Positions 51,064 through 60,624 are shown, numbered from the stretch's first letter. The stretch: DNA of 64,000 bases from an uncultured Kofleriaceae bacterium (GCA_964497805.1 CAZCFB010000007.1:11849-75848); one strand, 5' to 3'. Notes: generated by a model from the sequence alone, not told the origin. Numbers and translations are program-made.

Positions 51064-52521
51064 GTGCCTTCGTGCTCAAGCTGTGGTAAGGACAACCGGG
51101 ATGGCTCCCGCTTTTGCCAGTATTGCGGGACTCCAATGAGTCAGCCGGCCCCCAAGGAAGAGGAAGCCGCCAAGGAGAACGTTTGTGCCTCCTGTGGCAC
51201 CGAAAACGCCCCGGGAATGAAGTTCTGTAAGGCGTGCGGCAAGCCCCTTGAGGCCAAGGAAGAGAAGCCTGAGAAGGTTATCTGCGCCAGTTGCAGTGGG
51301 GAAACCCCATCAGGCTTCAAGTTCTGTCAGCACTGCGGGAAGCCGCTGGTGGCAGGTGAAGCTTCCGCGCCCGTGGCTTCCACGATCAAGACCGAGCCGC
51401 CTCCGCCGGAGCCAGAGCCGGAGCCGGAGCCGGAGCCCGAGCCGGAGCCCGAGCCGGAGCCAGAGCCTGAGCCCGAGCCGGAGCCTGAGCCGGAGCCCGA
51501 GCCGGAGCCCGAGCCGGAGCCTGAGCCGGAGCCGGAGCCAGAGCCGGAGCCAGAGCCTGAGCCCGAGCCTGAGCCGGAGCCTGAGCCGGAGCCAGAGCCG
51601 GAGCCGCTAGCAATCCCGCCGCATCCTGATCCGGAGCCAGAGCCAGAGCCGGAGCCCGAGCCCGAGCCCGTGGCAATCCCGCCGCTGCCCGATCCGGATC
51701 CGGTCCCGCCGCCCGAGCCCGCGATCAAGGATTTCGAACACCGCGGTGGCATGGAGACGCCCATCGCCGTGCCCAAGGTCGGCGCGGAAGGCGCCAAGGA
51801 GACCGCTCCGCCGGATCACTCCGCGCCTGCGATGCCGCAAGCCGCCGCCGCTGCTCCTGTCTCTGACAAGGCCGTGCTGGCTCGCCTGGTATCGGTTAAC
51901 CGGGATGGCAGCGATGGCCAGGAGCACCCGATCAACGAGGAGAGCTGGGATTTAGGCCAGACCGACGGTCACATCTGCTTCCACGATGATCCGTACCTGG
52001 GGCCACGCCACTGCCGAATCTACAAGGAGGGAGGGTCCTGGTTGATCCGGGACCTGAACAGCTGCAACGGGGTCTACCTGCGCCTGCGGGAGCCGGTGAT
52101 GATCGCCGGCGGCGACTTCGTGCTGCTCGGCAAGGAGGTGCTCCGCTTCGACCTCGCCGGGGACCACGAGCGCAGCATGATCCCCGCGGTCCAGCACGGC
52201 GTGCTGCTCTTCGGTTCGCCCCACCGCAACCCGTGGGGCCGGCTGCAGCAGTACACGGTGGCGGGCGTCTATAGCGACTGCTTCCACCTGCACCAGCCGC
52301 AGGTCATCATCGGCCGCGAGGAGGGAGACCTCCTGTTCACCGATGACCAGTTCATGTCCAGGCGGCACCTGCAGATCACCCTGGACGGGGACCAGGCCTG
52401 GGTCGAGGACCTGGGCTCCTCCAACGGTACCTTCCTGCGTATCCGTGAGCCGAAGGTGCTCACCGACGGCGATCTGGTGCGCATCGGGGACCAGCTACTC
52501 CGCTTCGAGATCAACGCGTAA
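51064..52521 (+). CDS. Triple zinc-ribbon, (Glu-Pro)n linker, double-FHA-domain protein
   Basis: Three ribbons: 'CSSCGK..FCQYCG', 'CASCGT..FCKACG' and 'CASCSG..FCQHCG'. A long EP repeat follows, then two FHA-like units ('[26 protein letters not shown]...[13 protein letters not shown]' and '[26 protein letters not shown]...[13 protein letters not shown]'). Confidence 0.85.
   Translation: MPSCSSCGKDNRDGSRFCQYCGTPMSQPAPKEEEAAKENVCASCGTENAPGMKFCKACGKPLEAKEEKPEKVICASCSGETPSGFKFCQHCGKPLVAGEASAPVASTIKTEPPPPEPEPEPEPEPEPEPEPEPEPEPEPEPEPEPEPEPEPEPEPEPEPEPEPEPEPEPEPEPEPEPEPEPLAIPPHPDPEPEPEPEPEPEPVAIPPLPDPDPVPPPEPAIKDFEHRGGMETPIAVPKVGAEGAKETAPPDHSAPAMPQAAAAAPVSDKAVLARLVSVNRDGSDGQEHPINEESWDLGQTDGHICFHDDPYLGPRHCRIYKEGGSWLIRDLNSCNGVYLRLREPVMIAGGDFVLLGKEVLRFDLAGDHERSMIPAVQHGVLLFGSPHRNPWGRLQQYTVAGVYSDCFHLHQPQVIIGREEGDLLFTDDQFMSRRHLQITLDGDQAWVEDLGSSNGTFLRIREPKVLTDGDLVRIGDQLLRFEINA
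51409..51606 (+). repeat. 33 consecutive GAG-CCN codon pairs (hexanucleotide coding repeat)
   Basis: Read directly. An unbroken (gag ccN) run spans 51409 to 51606 and encodes (EP)33. The third positions of the Pro codons vary (g/a/c/t). Confidence 0.95.
51634..51669 (+). repeat. Second (GAG-CCN)x6 run
   Basis: Six further EP codon pairs follow the 'LAIPPHPDP' spacer. Confidence 0.9.
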
Positions 52522-52556
52522 GCGCGCCTCGGCCCCGCCAACGTCCCGAATTCTGA

Positions 52557-53522
52557 ATGCCCCCCGTCCGAGTCAGGGTCGCGCTGGAGTCGGACATCGG
52601 GCTCGTCCGTCCGCGCAATGAGGACCTGGTGCTGGCCTCGCAGTTGGCCGGCGGCGAGGTGCTCCACCAGGGGCAAAACAGCCTTGAGGTCGAGCCCGGC
52701 CGCGCGGCGTTGCTCGCCGTGTTGGACGGCATGGGAGGAACCCTGGCCGGGGACCGAGCCAGCCAGCTGGCCGGGGAGGTCGTTAACAGGGAGGTGGAGG
52801 CGGCCCACGCCAGGACCCGCGACGCGCTGGCGGAGAGCCTGATCCAGAGCCTGATCCAGGCAAACACTGAGGTTCGGCGGGAGGGGCGCGAGGACCCGAG
52901 CCGGCGCGGCATGGGCACCACGCTCACCGCGGCCTGTGTGATGGACGGCCACCTGCTCCTGGCCCATGTGGGTGACTCCAGGGCGTACATCTTGCGGGGC
53001 GACCGGCTGATCCAGCTCACCGAGGACCAGTCCCTGGCCCTGCCAGCGGAGTCCGGAGGCGACGGGCCAGAGGAGAGTGGGCAGGGCATGGCTCACTCCA
53101 ACGTGGTGCTCCAGGCCCTGGGCATCGCCGAGTATTTGGACCCGTTCATGGCCTCCATCCCCCTGGCCGAGGATGACCTCCTCTTCCTGTGCAGCGACGG
53201 GGTCTCGGCTCAGGTCCCCGGGGAAGAGATCCGGCTGGTGCTGTTGGAGGCCGGAGATGAACTGGCGGAAGCGGCGGCTGAGCTCACGGCCAGGGCCAGG
53301 TCTGCCGGCGGGCAGGACAACGCCAGCGCCCTGTTGGCGCGGTTCAGCGGCGGCGGGTTGGAGTCCGGGGCCGAGACGCCGGTGGATGCCGAGGTCCTGT
53401 CGCCGCCCGGCCTGGTGCGGCACCTGCGACAACGGTTCGTGATGCAGGTGCTCCACGCCGTGGGGGTGCTCGTGGTGCTGTTCCTGCTGCTCCTGGGGCT
53501 TATCCTGCTGGTACAGGGTTGA
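52557..53522 (+). CDS. PP2C-family Ser/Thr phosphatase with a C-terminal TM anchor
   Basis: 'SDIGLVRPRNEDL', 'VLDGMGG', 'GMGTTLTA', 'AHVGDSRAY', 'LFLCSDGV' and 'GGQDNASAL', then the helix 'VLHAVGVLVVLFLLLLGLILLV'. Confidence 0.88.
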   Translation: MPPVRVRVALESDIGLVRPRNEDLVLASQLAGGEVLHQGQNSLEVEPGRAALLAVLDGMGGTLAGDRASQLAGEVVNREVEAAHARTRDALAESLIQSLIQANTEVRREGREDPSRRGMGTTLTAACVMDGHLLLAHVGDSRAYILRGDRLIQLTEDQSLALPAESGGDGPEESGQGMAHSNVVLQALGIAEYLDPFMASIPLAEDDLLFLCSDGVSAQVPGEEIRLVLLEAGDELAEAAAELTARARSAGGQDNASALLARFSGGGLESGAETPVDAEVLSPPGLVRHLRQRFVMQVLHAVGVLVVLFLLLLGLILLVQG

Positions 53523-53570
53523 GGCGCAGTGGCGGCCCTGGTAAACAAAGCGGCCCGGAGGAATTAAGCG

Positions 53571-55271
53571 ATGCCGAGCCTGGTCATCGGAAAGCGGGGT
53601 AAGGATACGCTTCGGCGGCTGCTCCGCTCCGTCGGGATGCTGGTGCTTGTGCTGGTGCTCAGCCTGGTGCTGGTCTACACCGCCTTCCGGCAGTGGACCC
53701 TCATCAACGTGCCCGAGGACGACGGGCCGCCGCTTCCTGCCACGGTGACCCTGGAGTCAACGGACACCGGCCGGCCGATCTTGACCGCGGGCAAGAGCAA
53801 GCTGGAGCGCCGCGGGGGTTTCTGGCGCTTCACCCTGCGGGGCGGTCCGCGAATGATGGGCCACAGCCACGGCCTCCTGGCCAGCAGGGTCACGGCCGCC
53901 ATGGACCGACAGGTGGCCCTGGAGCTGAAGCGCCGCATCCCTGAACGCGCCCGGCGCTGGTACCTGAGCAACCGCTCCCGCTGGCGTCACCGTGACCTGA
54001 TGGACGGCGTGCCCCCGGTGCGCCTGGTTGAGCTGGCGGCCTTCAGCCGCACCATGGTGGACTCCTCCGAGTTCCCCGAGCCCCCGTTTCACCGCCTGCT
54101 CTATTACCACGCCGTGCACGAGCTGACCGGGGAGGCCACGGATTCGCCCTTGCCTGGCAGCCACATGTTCGCGGCCTGGGGCAAGAAGACCGTTGAGAAC
54201 CGTATGCTCGTGGGGCGCACCTTCGAGCTGGCGGCCGGGCGGATGTTCGACACCGACAAGGCGCTGCTCATGTACCAGGCAGAGGAGGGCATCCCCTTCG
54301 TCTCGGTGGCGTGGCCAGGCATGATGGGGGTGGTCACCGGGGTCAACGCCCGGCGGCTCTTCGTGGCGGTGAACGCGGCACACAGCGACGACGGCCTGGA
54401 GGACGGGATCCCCCTGACCCTGCTGGCCCGGGAGCTGCTGGAGCAGGCCAGCAACATCAAGGAAGCGATCAAGCTGATCAAGGCGCGGCCGGCCATGGCG
54501 CCAGGCATCTTCATGCTGGCCGACGGCAAGGCCCAGGACGCGGTTGTGCTGGAGTTCACCCCGACCAAGGTGGCCGTGCGCAAGGGCCGCGGCGGGCTGG
54601 TTGTGGCTGCCAACCACCTCCAGAACCCCAAGTTCAAGGGGGACGCGGCCAATGATTGGCGCCGGCGGTACAGCACGAGCGAGGCCCGGGGCAAGCGGCT
54701 CAAGCAGCTGCTGCGCCGCTTCGGCGGGCGCCTGGATGTTGAGACCGCGGCGATGATCCTGCGCAACCGTACGGGCGTGGATGACGAGCCCCTTGGGCTG
54801 GGCAACCGGGCCGCGCTGGACTCCCTCACCGCCACCCACGGGGTGGTGGTGGACTTGTCGGCCTTTGTTCTCTGGATCAGCCGCGGCCCCCACCTGTTGG
54901 GCGCCTTCGAGCCTGTGGATCTGAAGACCCTCTTCGGGGAGGCGACCACCGCGGCCGTCGCGACGGCGCCCAAGCAGATCGCGGCCGATCCCCTGGGCGC
55001 CTCACCCCGCCTGGAACGCTACCGTCTGGCCCTGGCCCAGCTGGCCCACGCTCGCTGGCTCCAGGGCGTGAAGAACCTGGCCGGCGCCCTGGACTTCGCC
55101 ACCCGGGCCACGAGCATGGATCCAGACCTGGAGCGGGCCCACAAGCTGCGGGGCGACCTGCTGTGGCAGATCGGGCGCAAGGAGGAGGCGCGCAAGGCGT
55201 ACCGCCGCTACCTGGAACTCCACCCACCGTCGCTCATGGAACGCGAGGCGATCAAGGCGCGGATGGAATAG
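53571..55271 (+). CDS. Membrane-anchored Ntn-hydrolase-like (peptidase C45-like) protein with a C-terminal TPR
   Basis: N-terminal TM 'MLVLVLVLSLVLVYTAF'. The central 'FAAWGKKTVENRMLVGRTFE...FVSVAWPGMMGVVTGVNARRLFVAVNA' resembles C45 / acyl-CoA:6-APA acyltransferase-like Ntn hydrolases. The C-terminus 'AHKLRGDLLWQIGRKEEARKAYRRYLELHP' is TPR-like. The family call is tentative. Confidence 0.5.
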   Translation: MPSLVIGKRGKDTLRRLLRSVGMLVLVLVLSLVLVYTAFRQWTLINVPEDDGPPLPATVTLESTDTGRPILTAGKSKLERRGGFWRFTLRGGPRMMGHSHGLLASRVTAAMDRQVALELKRRIPERARRWYLSNRSRWRHRDLMDGVPPVRLVELAAFSRTMVDSSEFPEPPFHRLLYYHAVHELTGEATDSPLPGSHMFAAWGKKTVENRMLVGRTFELAAGRMFDTDKALLMYQAEEGIPFVSVAWPGMMGVVTGVNARRLFVAVNAAHSDDGLEDGIPLTLLARELLEQASNIKEAIKLIKARPAMAPGIFMLADGKAQDAVVLEFTPTKVAVRKGRGGLVVAANHLQNPKFKGDAANDWRRRYSTSEARGKRLKQLLRRFGGRLDVETAAMILRNRTGVDDEPLGLGNRAALDSLTATHGVVVDLSAFVLWISRGPHLLGAFEPVDLKTLFGEATTAAVATAPKQIAADPLGASPRLERYRLALAQLAHARWLQGVKNLAGALDFATRATSMDPDLERAHKLRGDLLWQIGRKEEARKAYRRYLELHPPSLMEREAIKARME

Positions 55272-55325
55272 CGTGATCCGTGGGGCGTGATCCGTGATCC
55301 GTGGGGCGTGACCGTGACCGTGGGC
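55271..55325. repeat. Nested short direct repeats at a convergent gene junction
   Basis: The sequence reads 'GC GTGATCC GTGGG / GC GTGATCC GTGATCC GTGGG / GC GTGACC GTGACC GTGGG'. It fills the whole 53-bp gap between the stops at 55271 and 55325. A related 'GCCGTGG GCCGTGA CCGT' lies at the 15985-16026 convergent junction. Confidence 0.85.
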
Positions 55326-55927
55326 TACACCCCCAACCCAAGCCTGAAGAAGGCCAGGATTGTGACGTCGAAGCCGTGGCTGTTGCCGTGGTTGACGGGG
55401 GTCCCTGGGCCGCCGAAGGCGTAGTGGTAGCCGATCATGGGCAACAGCCCGATGGATAGCACCTTGGCGAAGCCGTAGCGGATGCCCAGGCCGGCGCGCA
55501 CCCCCACGGCGCGGGTGCTCTTCTGCTCGTACTTGACGTCGTTGATCTCCACGATGGACTCCTCTGGCAGGAGGCCCAGCTGAATCCCGGCGCCCACCCG
55601 GATCAACAGGTGCAAGTTATCGGTGAGCTCGAGGGCCCAGTCCCCGCCCAGGTTCGCGGTGATCAGGTGCGCGCTGAAGGCGTCGAAGTCGGATCCGATC
55701 CAGCCCATGTAGTCGGCGTAGATGCCGATGAACAGGATCTTCACCCCGACCTCCGCGCCGATGGCCCCGCCGTTGGCGTGGTTGTAGAAGTCCTTGTCAG
55801 AGGTGCCGTAGCCCCAGCCGTAGCCGGCCACGGGGGCCACCCAGAACTCGAACCATTTGGCCTCGGCCCTGGGGGCGGCCAGCAGGATGGAGGTTGCCAG
55901 GAGGGCGGGGATCAGTTTGCGGATCAT
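55325..55927 (-). CDS. Small outer-membrane beta-barrel protein
   Basis: Signal peptide 'ALLATSILLAAPRAEA'. Gly/Tyr/aromatic-rich alternating strands, with a C-terminal 'ILAFFRLGLGV'. Resembles the 8-stranded OMP (OmpA-beta/OmpW-like) class. Confidence 0.6.
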   Translation of the reverse strand: MIRKLIPALLATSILLAAPRAEAKWFEFWVAPVAGYGWGYGTSDKDFYNHANGGAIGAEVGVKILFIGIYADYMGWIGSDFDAFSAHLITANLGGDWALELTDNLHLLIRVGAGIQLGLLPEESIVEINDVKYEQKSTRAVGVRAGLGIRYGFAKVLSIGLLPMIGYHYAFGGPGTPVNHGNSHGFDVTILAFFRLGLGV

Positions 55928-55955
55928 GGTTTCGCTCCGGTATGGGCGGCGGACA

Positions 55956-56645
55956 TCACTTCTGCTTCGCCGCTGGCTTCATATCGTCTAGCAGGGCTTC
56001 GATGCGCGCCTGGTCAAACCCCTGCACCAGGGTGCCGCCCACGTCGAGCACGGGCACCCCGCTTGCCGAGACGCCGGCGGCCTTGGCCTTGGCCAGCAGC
56101 TCCTGGGCCGCCGCCTGGTCCTTCTCTATGTCCTTCTCAATGTACGGCACGCCGCGTCCCGACAGGTACTGGCGCGCGGTCTTGCAGGCGCCGCACCAGG
56201 AGGTGGCGTACAGGATCACCTGGCCGTGGCCCGCGGTGGCCTCGCCGGGCTTGGGGGGAGGGTCCGTGGCTCCGGCGCCCGCCCTGCCGATGGCGGCCGA
56301 CTCGAAGGCCGCGCGGGACATGACCACATGGGGGAAGGCGCCGTCGTCGCCCGCGGTGCGCAGGTCGGCCACGTACACCAGCTCGTGGTCCATGCGCCGG
56401 GCCGGCTTGATGCCGAGGTCCACCACCCGAACCCAACCCCGCCGATCTTCAGGGACCTTGTCCAGCTTGTCGACGGTGGCGAAGCCTCCCGCCGTGGTGG
56501 CGTGGGTGAAGAGCATCTCCCGGTCGGCCTTGACCACGATCTTCGGCAGCGAGGACGCCTGTACCTCCTGCACCGGCGCGGGGGGCTTCTGCTCCTTGCA
56601 CGCGGCCAGGGAGAGCACGAGACAAAGGGGGAGCACACGAAACAT
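55956..56645 (-). CDS. Lipoprotein with a C-terminal glutaredoxin-like (CxxC) domain
   Basis: Lipobox 'LSLAAC'. C-terminal 'VILYATSWCGACKTARQYLSGRGVPYIEKDIEKD...GVPVLDVGGTLVQGFD' has a glutaredoxin/NrdH-like fold signature. Confidence 0.7.
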   Translation of the reverse strand: MFRVLPLCLVLSLAACKEQKPPAPVQEVQASSLPKIVVKADREMLFTHATTAGGFATVDKLDKVPEDRRGWVRVVDLGIKPARRMDHELVYVADLRTAGDDGAFPHVVMSRAAFESAAIGRAGAGATDPPPKPGEATAGHGQVILYATSWCGACKTARQYLSGRGVPYIEKDIEKDQAAAQELLAKAKAAGVSASGVPVLDVGGTLVQGFDQARIEALLDDMKPAAKQK

Positions 56646-56796
56646 GGGGCTATTGTAGCGCCTTCTGGGCGAGGGGAAATAGGACTGTGATCACAGCGGG
56701 GACAGTCACGGTTCGTCGACGTCATCAGCGCGCGGCAACCGGACCGTGACATTGTCGGCCGATGACCTGATGATTGTCGACACAGAAGGAGGGGGC

Positions 56797-59700
56797 ATGG
56801 CCAGAGGCCGGGGAAGGAAGAGGCGACGGAAGCAGCTTGAGCCCGAGGAAGTGTTGAGCGGGCGGATTGTCCCCGAGGTCCTGGAGCTGGTACGCATGAT
56901 CCGCCGGGTCAATCCCACGGACCGCGGCCTGCACCCCAACGAGGAGGAGCGCCGCTACGGACAGAAGACCGCGTTGCAGGGCACCCTGATCTCACATTTC
57001 CAGGACCAGCTGGAGGTGGTGGCCGAGGACGATGATCTTGTCCTGCTGCGTCACAAGCCCAGCGGCGAGGACGCCTGCCACGCAAAAATTTCGGGGCTTG
57101 AACACGGGGCGCGGCGTTGGGTCCGTTTCAAGCTCGACGAGCAACAGAGCCCCCTTGTCCCGCTCACCGCTGGCGATGAAGACGTGGGCCATCAGCCCAC
57201 GGTGCTCGCTGCTGACGCTTCGGTTGAGCCCGTTGCGGAAGGACTCGATCCTGACGCGGGGCAGCTGGCACCGGACGAGCTGCTCGGCATGGGCGACGCG
57301 TCCATGGCCGAGTACGACTACCTCGCCGCCCGGCAGCAGTACGAGGCCGCCCTGGTCAGGTCCAGAGGACGTCTGCCCGCCGCGCGCGCGTTGCTTGATC
57401 TCCTGGTCAACACCCTGGCCTCCTACCAGGAGGCGCTGGGCGTGGCGGTTCAACTGTCCCCGGACGCGGCCAGGGCTGCCGAGGTCCGCGTGCTGCTTGG
57501 GTTGGCCGCGGCCCACCTGGGAGAGGCTGACCGGGCAGAGGATCATGTTCGCGGGATCGCCGATCCGGAGGCGGCGGAGGTCCACCTGGTGCTGGCACGC
57601 AAGGCCCTGGGCAGCGAGCAGGCTGACCTGGCGAACAGCCGGCTCGAGGCGGCCCGTGAGCTTGCTCCTGCCCACCATGGCGTGCATGCCCTTGACAAGG
57701 ACCTGGCGGCGCTCCGGGCCAGGTTGCTCGGCCCGCTGGAGCAGGAGGTGAAGCAGGCGCTCGCCTCCGGGGAAATCGTCGAGGCGGAACAGCTCGCGAA
57801 GGATCTTCTGGAGCAGTGGCCAGACAGCGAGGTGGCCAGGGAAGCTCTCCGCCAGGTCCGGGACGCAAGACGGCGTGAAAGGAGTGAAACCCTGATCCAG
57901 CGGGCCGATGAAGCCATGGCCCAGGAGAGGTTCGGCGAGGCTGCTGCGCTGCTTGAGCAGGCGATGGCTGGGGGAGCAGATGAGAAGGTCCGGGCCAGCC
58001 TTGAGGAGGCCAGGCGCCGACAACGGGAGAGAGAAGATGAGGCGGCGGTGGACGCGGTGATCGCCGCGCTCGAAACCGGGGAGCTACGCAGCGGGCTGGC
58101 CCTTTACCTGGGGCTCGAACCGCGGCTGCGAGCCGCTGTGCGCCAGCAAAATAGTTCTCCTCACCTCGGCCGCCTGGAAGAGTCAGAGGCCCGGGCGCCG
58201 GCCGCTCAACGCGTTGACGCAATCCTGGCCTTGAGTGAAGCGGCGGTGTTGCTCGACGCCGGCGCGGAGGCGGAGCTCATCGAGTTGCTTGAGCGCCACC
58301 AACAGGCCCTGCAGGGGGTCAAGGATGCCGGGAAGCTCCTCGGTGAGGCCAACTCCCGCCTGCTCGCCAGGCGCCGTTCAGCGGCCCTTGATGGGCTGAA
58401 GCAGGCCAAGGACGCCCTCGCCCGGGGGGAACCTGACCAGGCGCGGCGACACTGGGATAGCGTGGACGTCTCCGCGCTCAAACAGGGTGAGGAGCAGCAG
58501 GCGCGCGCGGTAAGGACCGGCATCGACGAGGCGAACGACGAGCTGGAATCATCGAGGATGCTTCGACAGCTCCAGGAGCGGGGGGAGCTGTTCAGCGCGC
58601 GTGCCCTGGCGCGGCGGCGCCACGACGTGACTCGGGGGGGGACCAAGGCCAGGTGGCGGGAGCGGCTCGATGAAATCCAGGCCGGGATCCGCCGTGAGTG
58701 GAGGTATCAGAGCTTCGACTCCCCCGGCGATCCTGCCATCAACGTCATTGAATTCCGCGGGAGTGGGGGCAGCACCTCGGACTGGCTGCTGCCCGGCGGA
58801 GAGAGCATCGTCCTGGTCTCAATGGAGGGACAGTGGGTGTTCCTCCGCGTCATGGACATCTCGACCCGGCGGGCGACCAGGGCCGCTTCTTTTCGCACCC
58901 CTGAACCCATGGGAGCGCCCGGGACATGGTCTGTCAGCGGGAGCACGATCTGGATCTTCGGGGCGGCCGGTTGGTTGCTACAGATCGACTGCGAGAGTCT
59001 GGAGATTCTCGGATGGAGCTGCCCGCGCGACCTCCTGCCCGCTGAGATCAAGGACATGGGGCTGCAGGTCGTGCGCAGCGGCAAGTACATGTGGCTGACC
59101 TGCCCGGAGGCGAGCACCTCCATCGTCGATCTGGAGCGTCAACGCGTCATCCGCACCCTGGAGAAGGCGCCGGCGATCACCGCCATTACATGCGCTGGCG
59201 AGGTCGGGTTGTTCGGGCAGATCGGTGAGAAACCAGCGCGGCCCTATACCGAGCGCGGCACCCCCCTGTCCGGCAGCACGGTACGGGATGACATGAGCCT
59301 GGTGGCGGCTACCGGTCACCCCGGCGGCGATGGATTCGTGATCCTCTACATTCCGGCTCAACAGAATGCGACGCCGTCGATCCGTATCGGCGCGCTGAGC
59401 CGATCAGGTCATCTCGTCTTTTCTGCCCTCCTGGATGGCGTGTCCCCGCGCCACCAACAGTCGCTGGCCTGTGCCCGACGCCAGGGGCTCGTTTTTCATC
59501 TGGCCACGACGCCCCTGCCGAGCAAGGTGCTCATCGCTTACCGTCTGGACGACGAGCGGGCAGAGGAGATCTACCGGGTCCCGGTATCTGCGGCCACCCT
59601 GCTGGCCACGGATCGGGAAGGCCAATGGGTGGCCGCCGTCACGGCCCGGGAGGGCGGGGTGGAGATCGTGCCGCTCGACGAGGATCCGCGGTCGCTCAAC

Positions 59701-60624
59701 CGGGCCAAGAGCGTGCGCGACATGGAGCCCCTCCCCCAGCTCGACGCCAGCTACCTGGGCTGCGGGGGGGCCATGTTCAAGACCCGCCCCCAGGCCCGGG
59801 AGCTCGCCGCCGAGCTGCGCACGCTGCCCGAGGCGGACGCCGAGTCCATGGTGCGGCGCCTGCGCCAGGAGAAGGTCGGTGAGCAGGAGTACCTGCAGGA
59901 TCTTACACAGGCCCAGATGATGGCCGGGGAGATGGTCGAGCAGGATGGCGAGCATCAATGGCGGCACAATCCCGGCCACCCCGGCGCCATGGCGACCCAC
60001 GCGCACGGGCTCGCTGTGGACGGGAAATGGGGAGAGGCCAGGCGCGCGCTGGATCAGCTGAACTTCAGGGGCCTGGGTGAACCGGTGGCCAGGCACCTGT
60101 TCCACCTGCACGGTTTGGCCAACTACAAGGCGGGGGACATGGAGATGGCTGAGGCGGCCTGGCTTGAAGGCGCCGCTTGCGCAGAGGGCGACTGCAAGAT
60201 CAAGCCCTGCGTCGACCTCCTGTGTCTCGAGGACCAGCGACATGATGAAGGAGGACAAGGGCAGGACTCGCCACCGGTTCAGCAGGTGATCCAGGCAGTG
60301 ATCGCAGCTGACGCCGCCAGGCAAGGAGGTGATCCCGGGGCCGCGCTCGAGCATGTTGACCATCCGCTGATCTGGTTCTTCCGCGAAGAGCAGGGCCTGG
60401 CCCGCCTCGCCGAGGCGTACCTGCACATGGAACCCAGGACGGCCGCGGAGCTCTGGAAAAAGGGCCTCGTGCTGGCCGCCTTCGTCCAGCGTCACCGGCC
60501 AGCGTATGGCACAGCCAACCTGACGCCATACGAGGTGCCGTTCCCAGGCCACACCTGGAGCAGCGAGCGATTCGATACCATCGCCGACGCGGCCTCCGAG
60601 TGGCTGGAAGGGGATGATCGGTAA
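56797..60624 (+). CDS. Large (about 1275 aa) hypothetical protein: basic N-terminus, helical repeats, a beta-rich central region and a helical C-terminus
   Basis: ATG at 56797 with an SD 'GAAGGAGGGGG'. The N-terminus is 'MARGRGRKRRRKQ'. About 500 aa of Ala/Leu/Glu/Arg-rich TPR-like helices are followed by ~330 aa of beta-like sequence ('WVFLRVMDIS', 'TIWIFGAAGWLLQID', 'YMWLTCPE') and then helical TPR-like repeats. No enzymatic motif recognised. Confidence 0.6.
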   Translation: MARGRGRKRRRKQLEPEEVLSGRIVPEVLELVRMIRRVNPTDRGLHPNEEERRYGQKTALQGTLISHFQDQLEVVAEDDDLVLLRHKPSGEDACHAKISGLEHGARRWVRFKLDEQQSPLVPLTAGDEDVGHQPTVLAADASVEPVAEGLDPDAGQLAPDELLGMGDASMAEYDYLAARQQYEAALVRSRGRLPAARALLDLLVNTLASYQEALGVAVQLSPDAARAAEVRVLLGLAAAHLGEADRAEDHVRGIADPEAAEVHLVLARKALGSEQADLANSRLEAARELAPAHHGVHALDKDLAALRARLLGPLEQEVKQALASGEIVEAEQLAKDLLEQWPDSEVAREALRQVRDARRRERSETLIQRADEAMAQERFGEAAALLEQAMAGGADEKVRASLEEARRRQREREDEAAVDAVIAALETGELRSGLALYLGLEPRLRAAVRQQNSSPHLGRLEESEARAPAAQRVDAILALSEAAVLLDAGAEAELIELLERHQQALQGVKDAGKLLGEANSRLLARRRSAALDGLKQAKDALARGEPDQARRHWDSVDVSALKQGEEQQARAVRTGIDEANDELESSRMLRQLQERGELFSARALARRRHDVTRGGTKARWRERLDEIQAGIRREWRYQSFDSPGDPAINVIEFRGSGGSTSDWLLPGGESIVLVSMEGQWVFLRVMDISTRRATRAASFRTPEPMGAPGTWSVSGSTIWIFGAAGWLLQIDCESLEILGWSCPRDLLPAEIKDMGLQVVRSGKYMWLTCPEASTSIVDLERQRVIRTLEKAPAITAITCAGEVGLFGQIGEKPARPYTERGTPLSGSTVRDDMSLVAATGHPGGDGFVILYIPAQQNATPSIRIGALSRSGHLVFSALLDGVSPRHQQSLACARRQGLVFHLATTPLPSKVLIAYRLDDERAEEIYRVPVSAATLLATDREGQWVAAVTAREGGVEIVPLDEDPRSLNRAKSVRDMEPLPQLDASYLGCGGAMFKTRPQARELAAELRTLPEADAESMVRRLRQEKVGEQEYLQDLTQAQMMAGEMVEQDGEHQWRHNPGHPGAMATHAHGLAVDGKWGEARRALDQLNFRGLGEPVARHLFHLHGLANYKAGDMEMAEAAWLEGAACAEGDCKIKPCVDLLCLEDQRHDEGGQGQDSPPVQQVIQAVIAADAARQGGDPGAALEHVDHPLIWFFREEQGLARLAEAYLHMEPRTAAELWKKGLVLAAFVQRHRPAYGTANLTPYEVPFPGHTWSSERFDTIADAASEWLEGDDR

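Noticed and set aside
51409-51669. Regular short repeats that could suggest a CRISPR array or a non-coding satellite
   Set aside because: The period is 6 nt with no spacers. The repeats lie in frame inside a long ORF and encode (Glu-Pro)n. No cas genes are present anywhere in the window.
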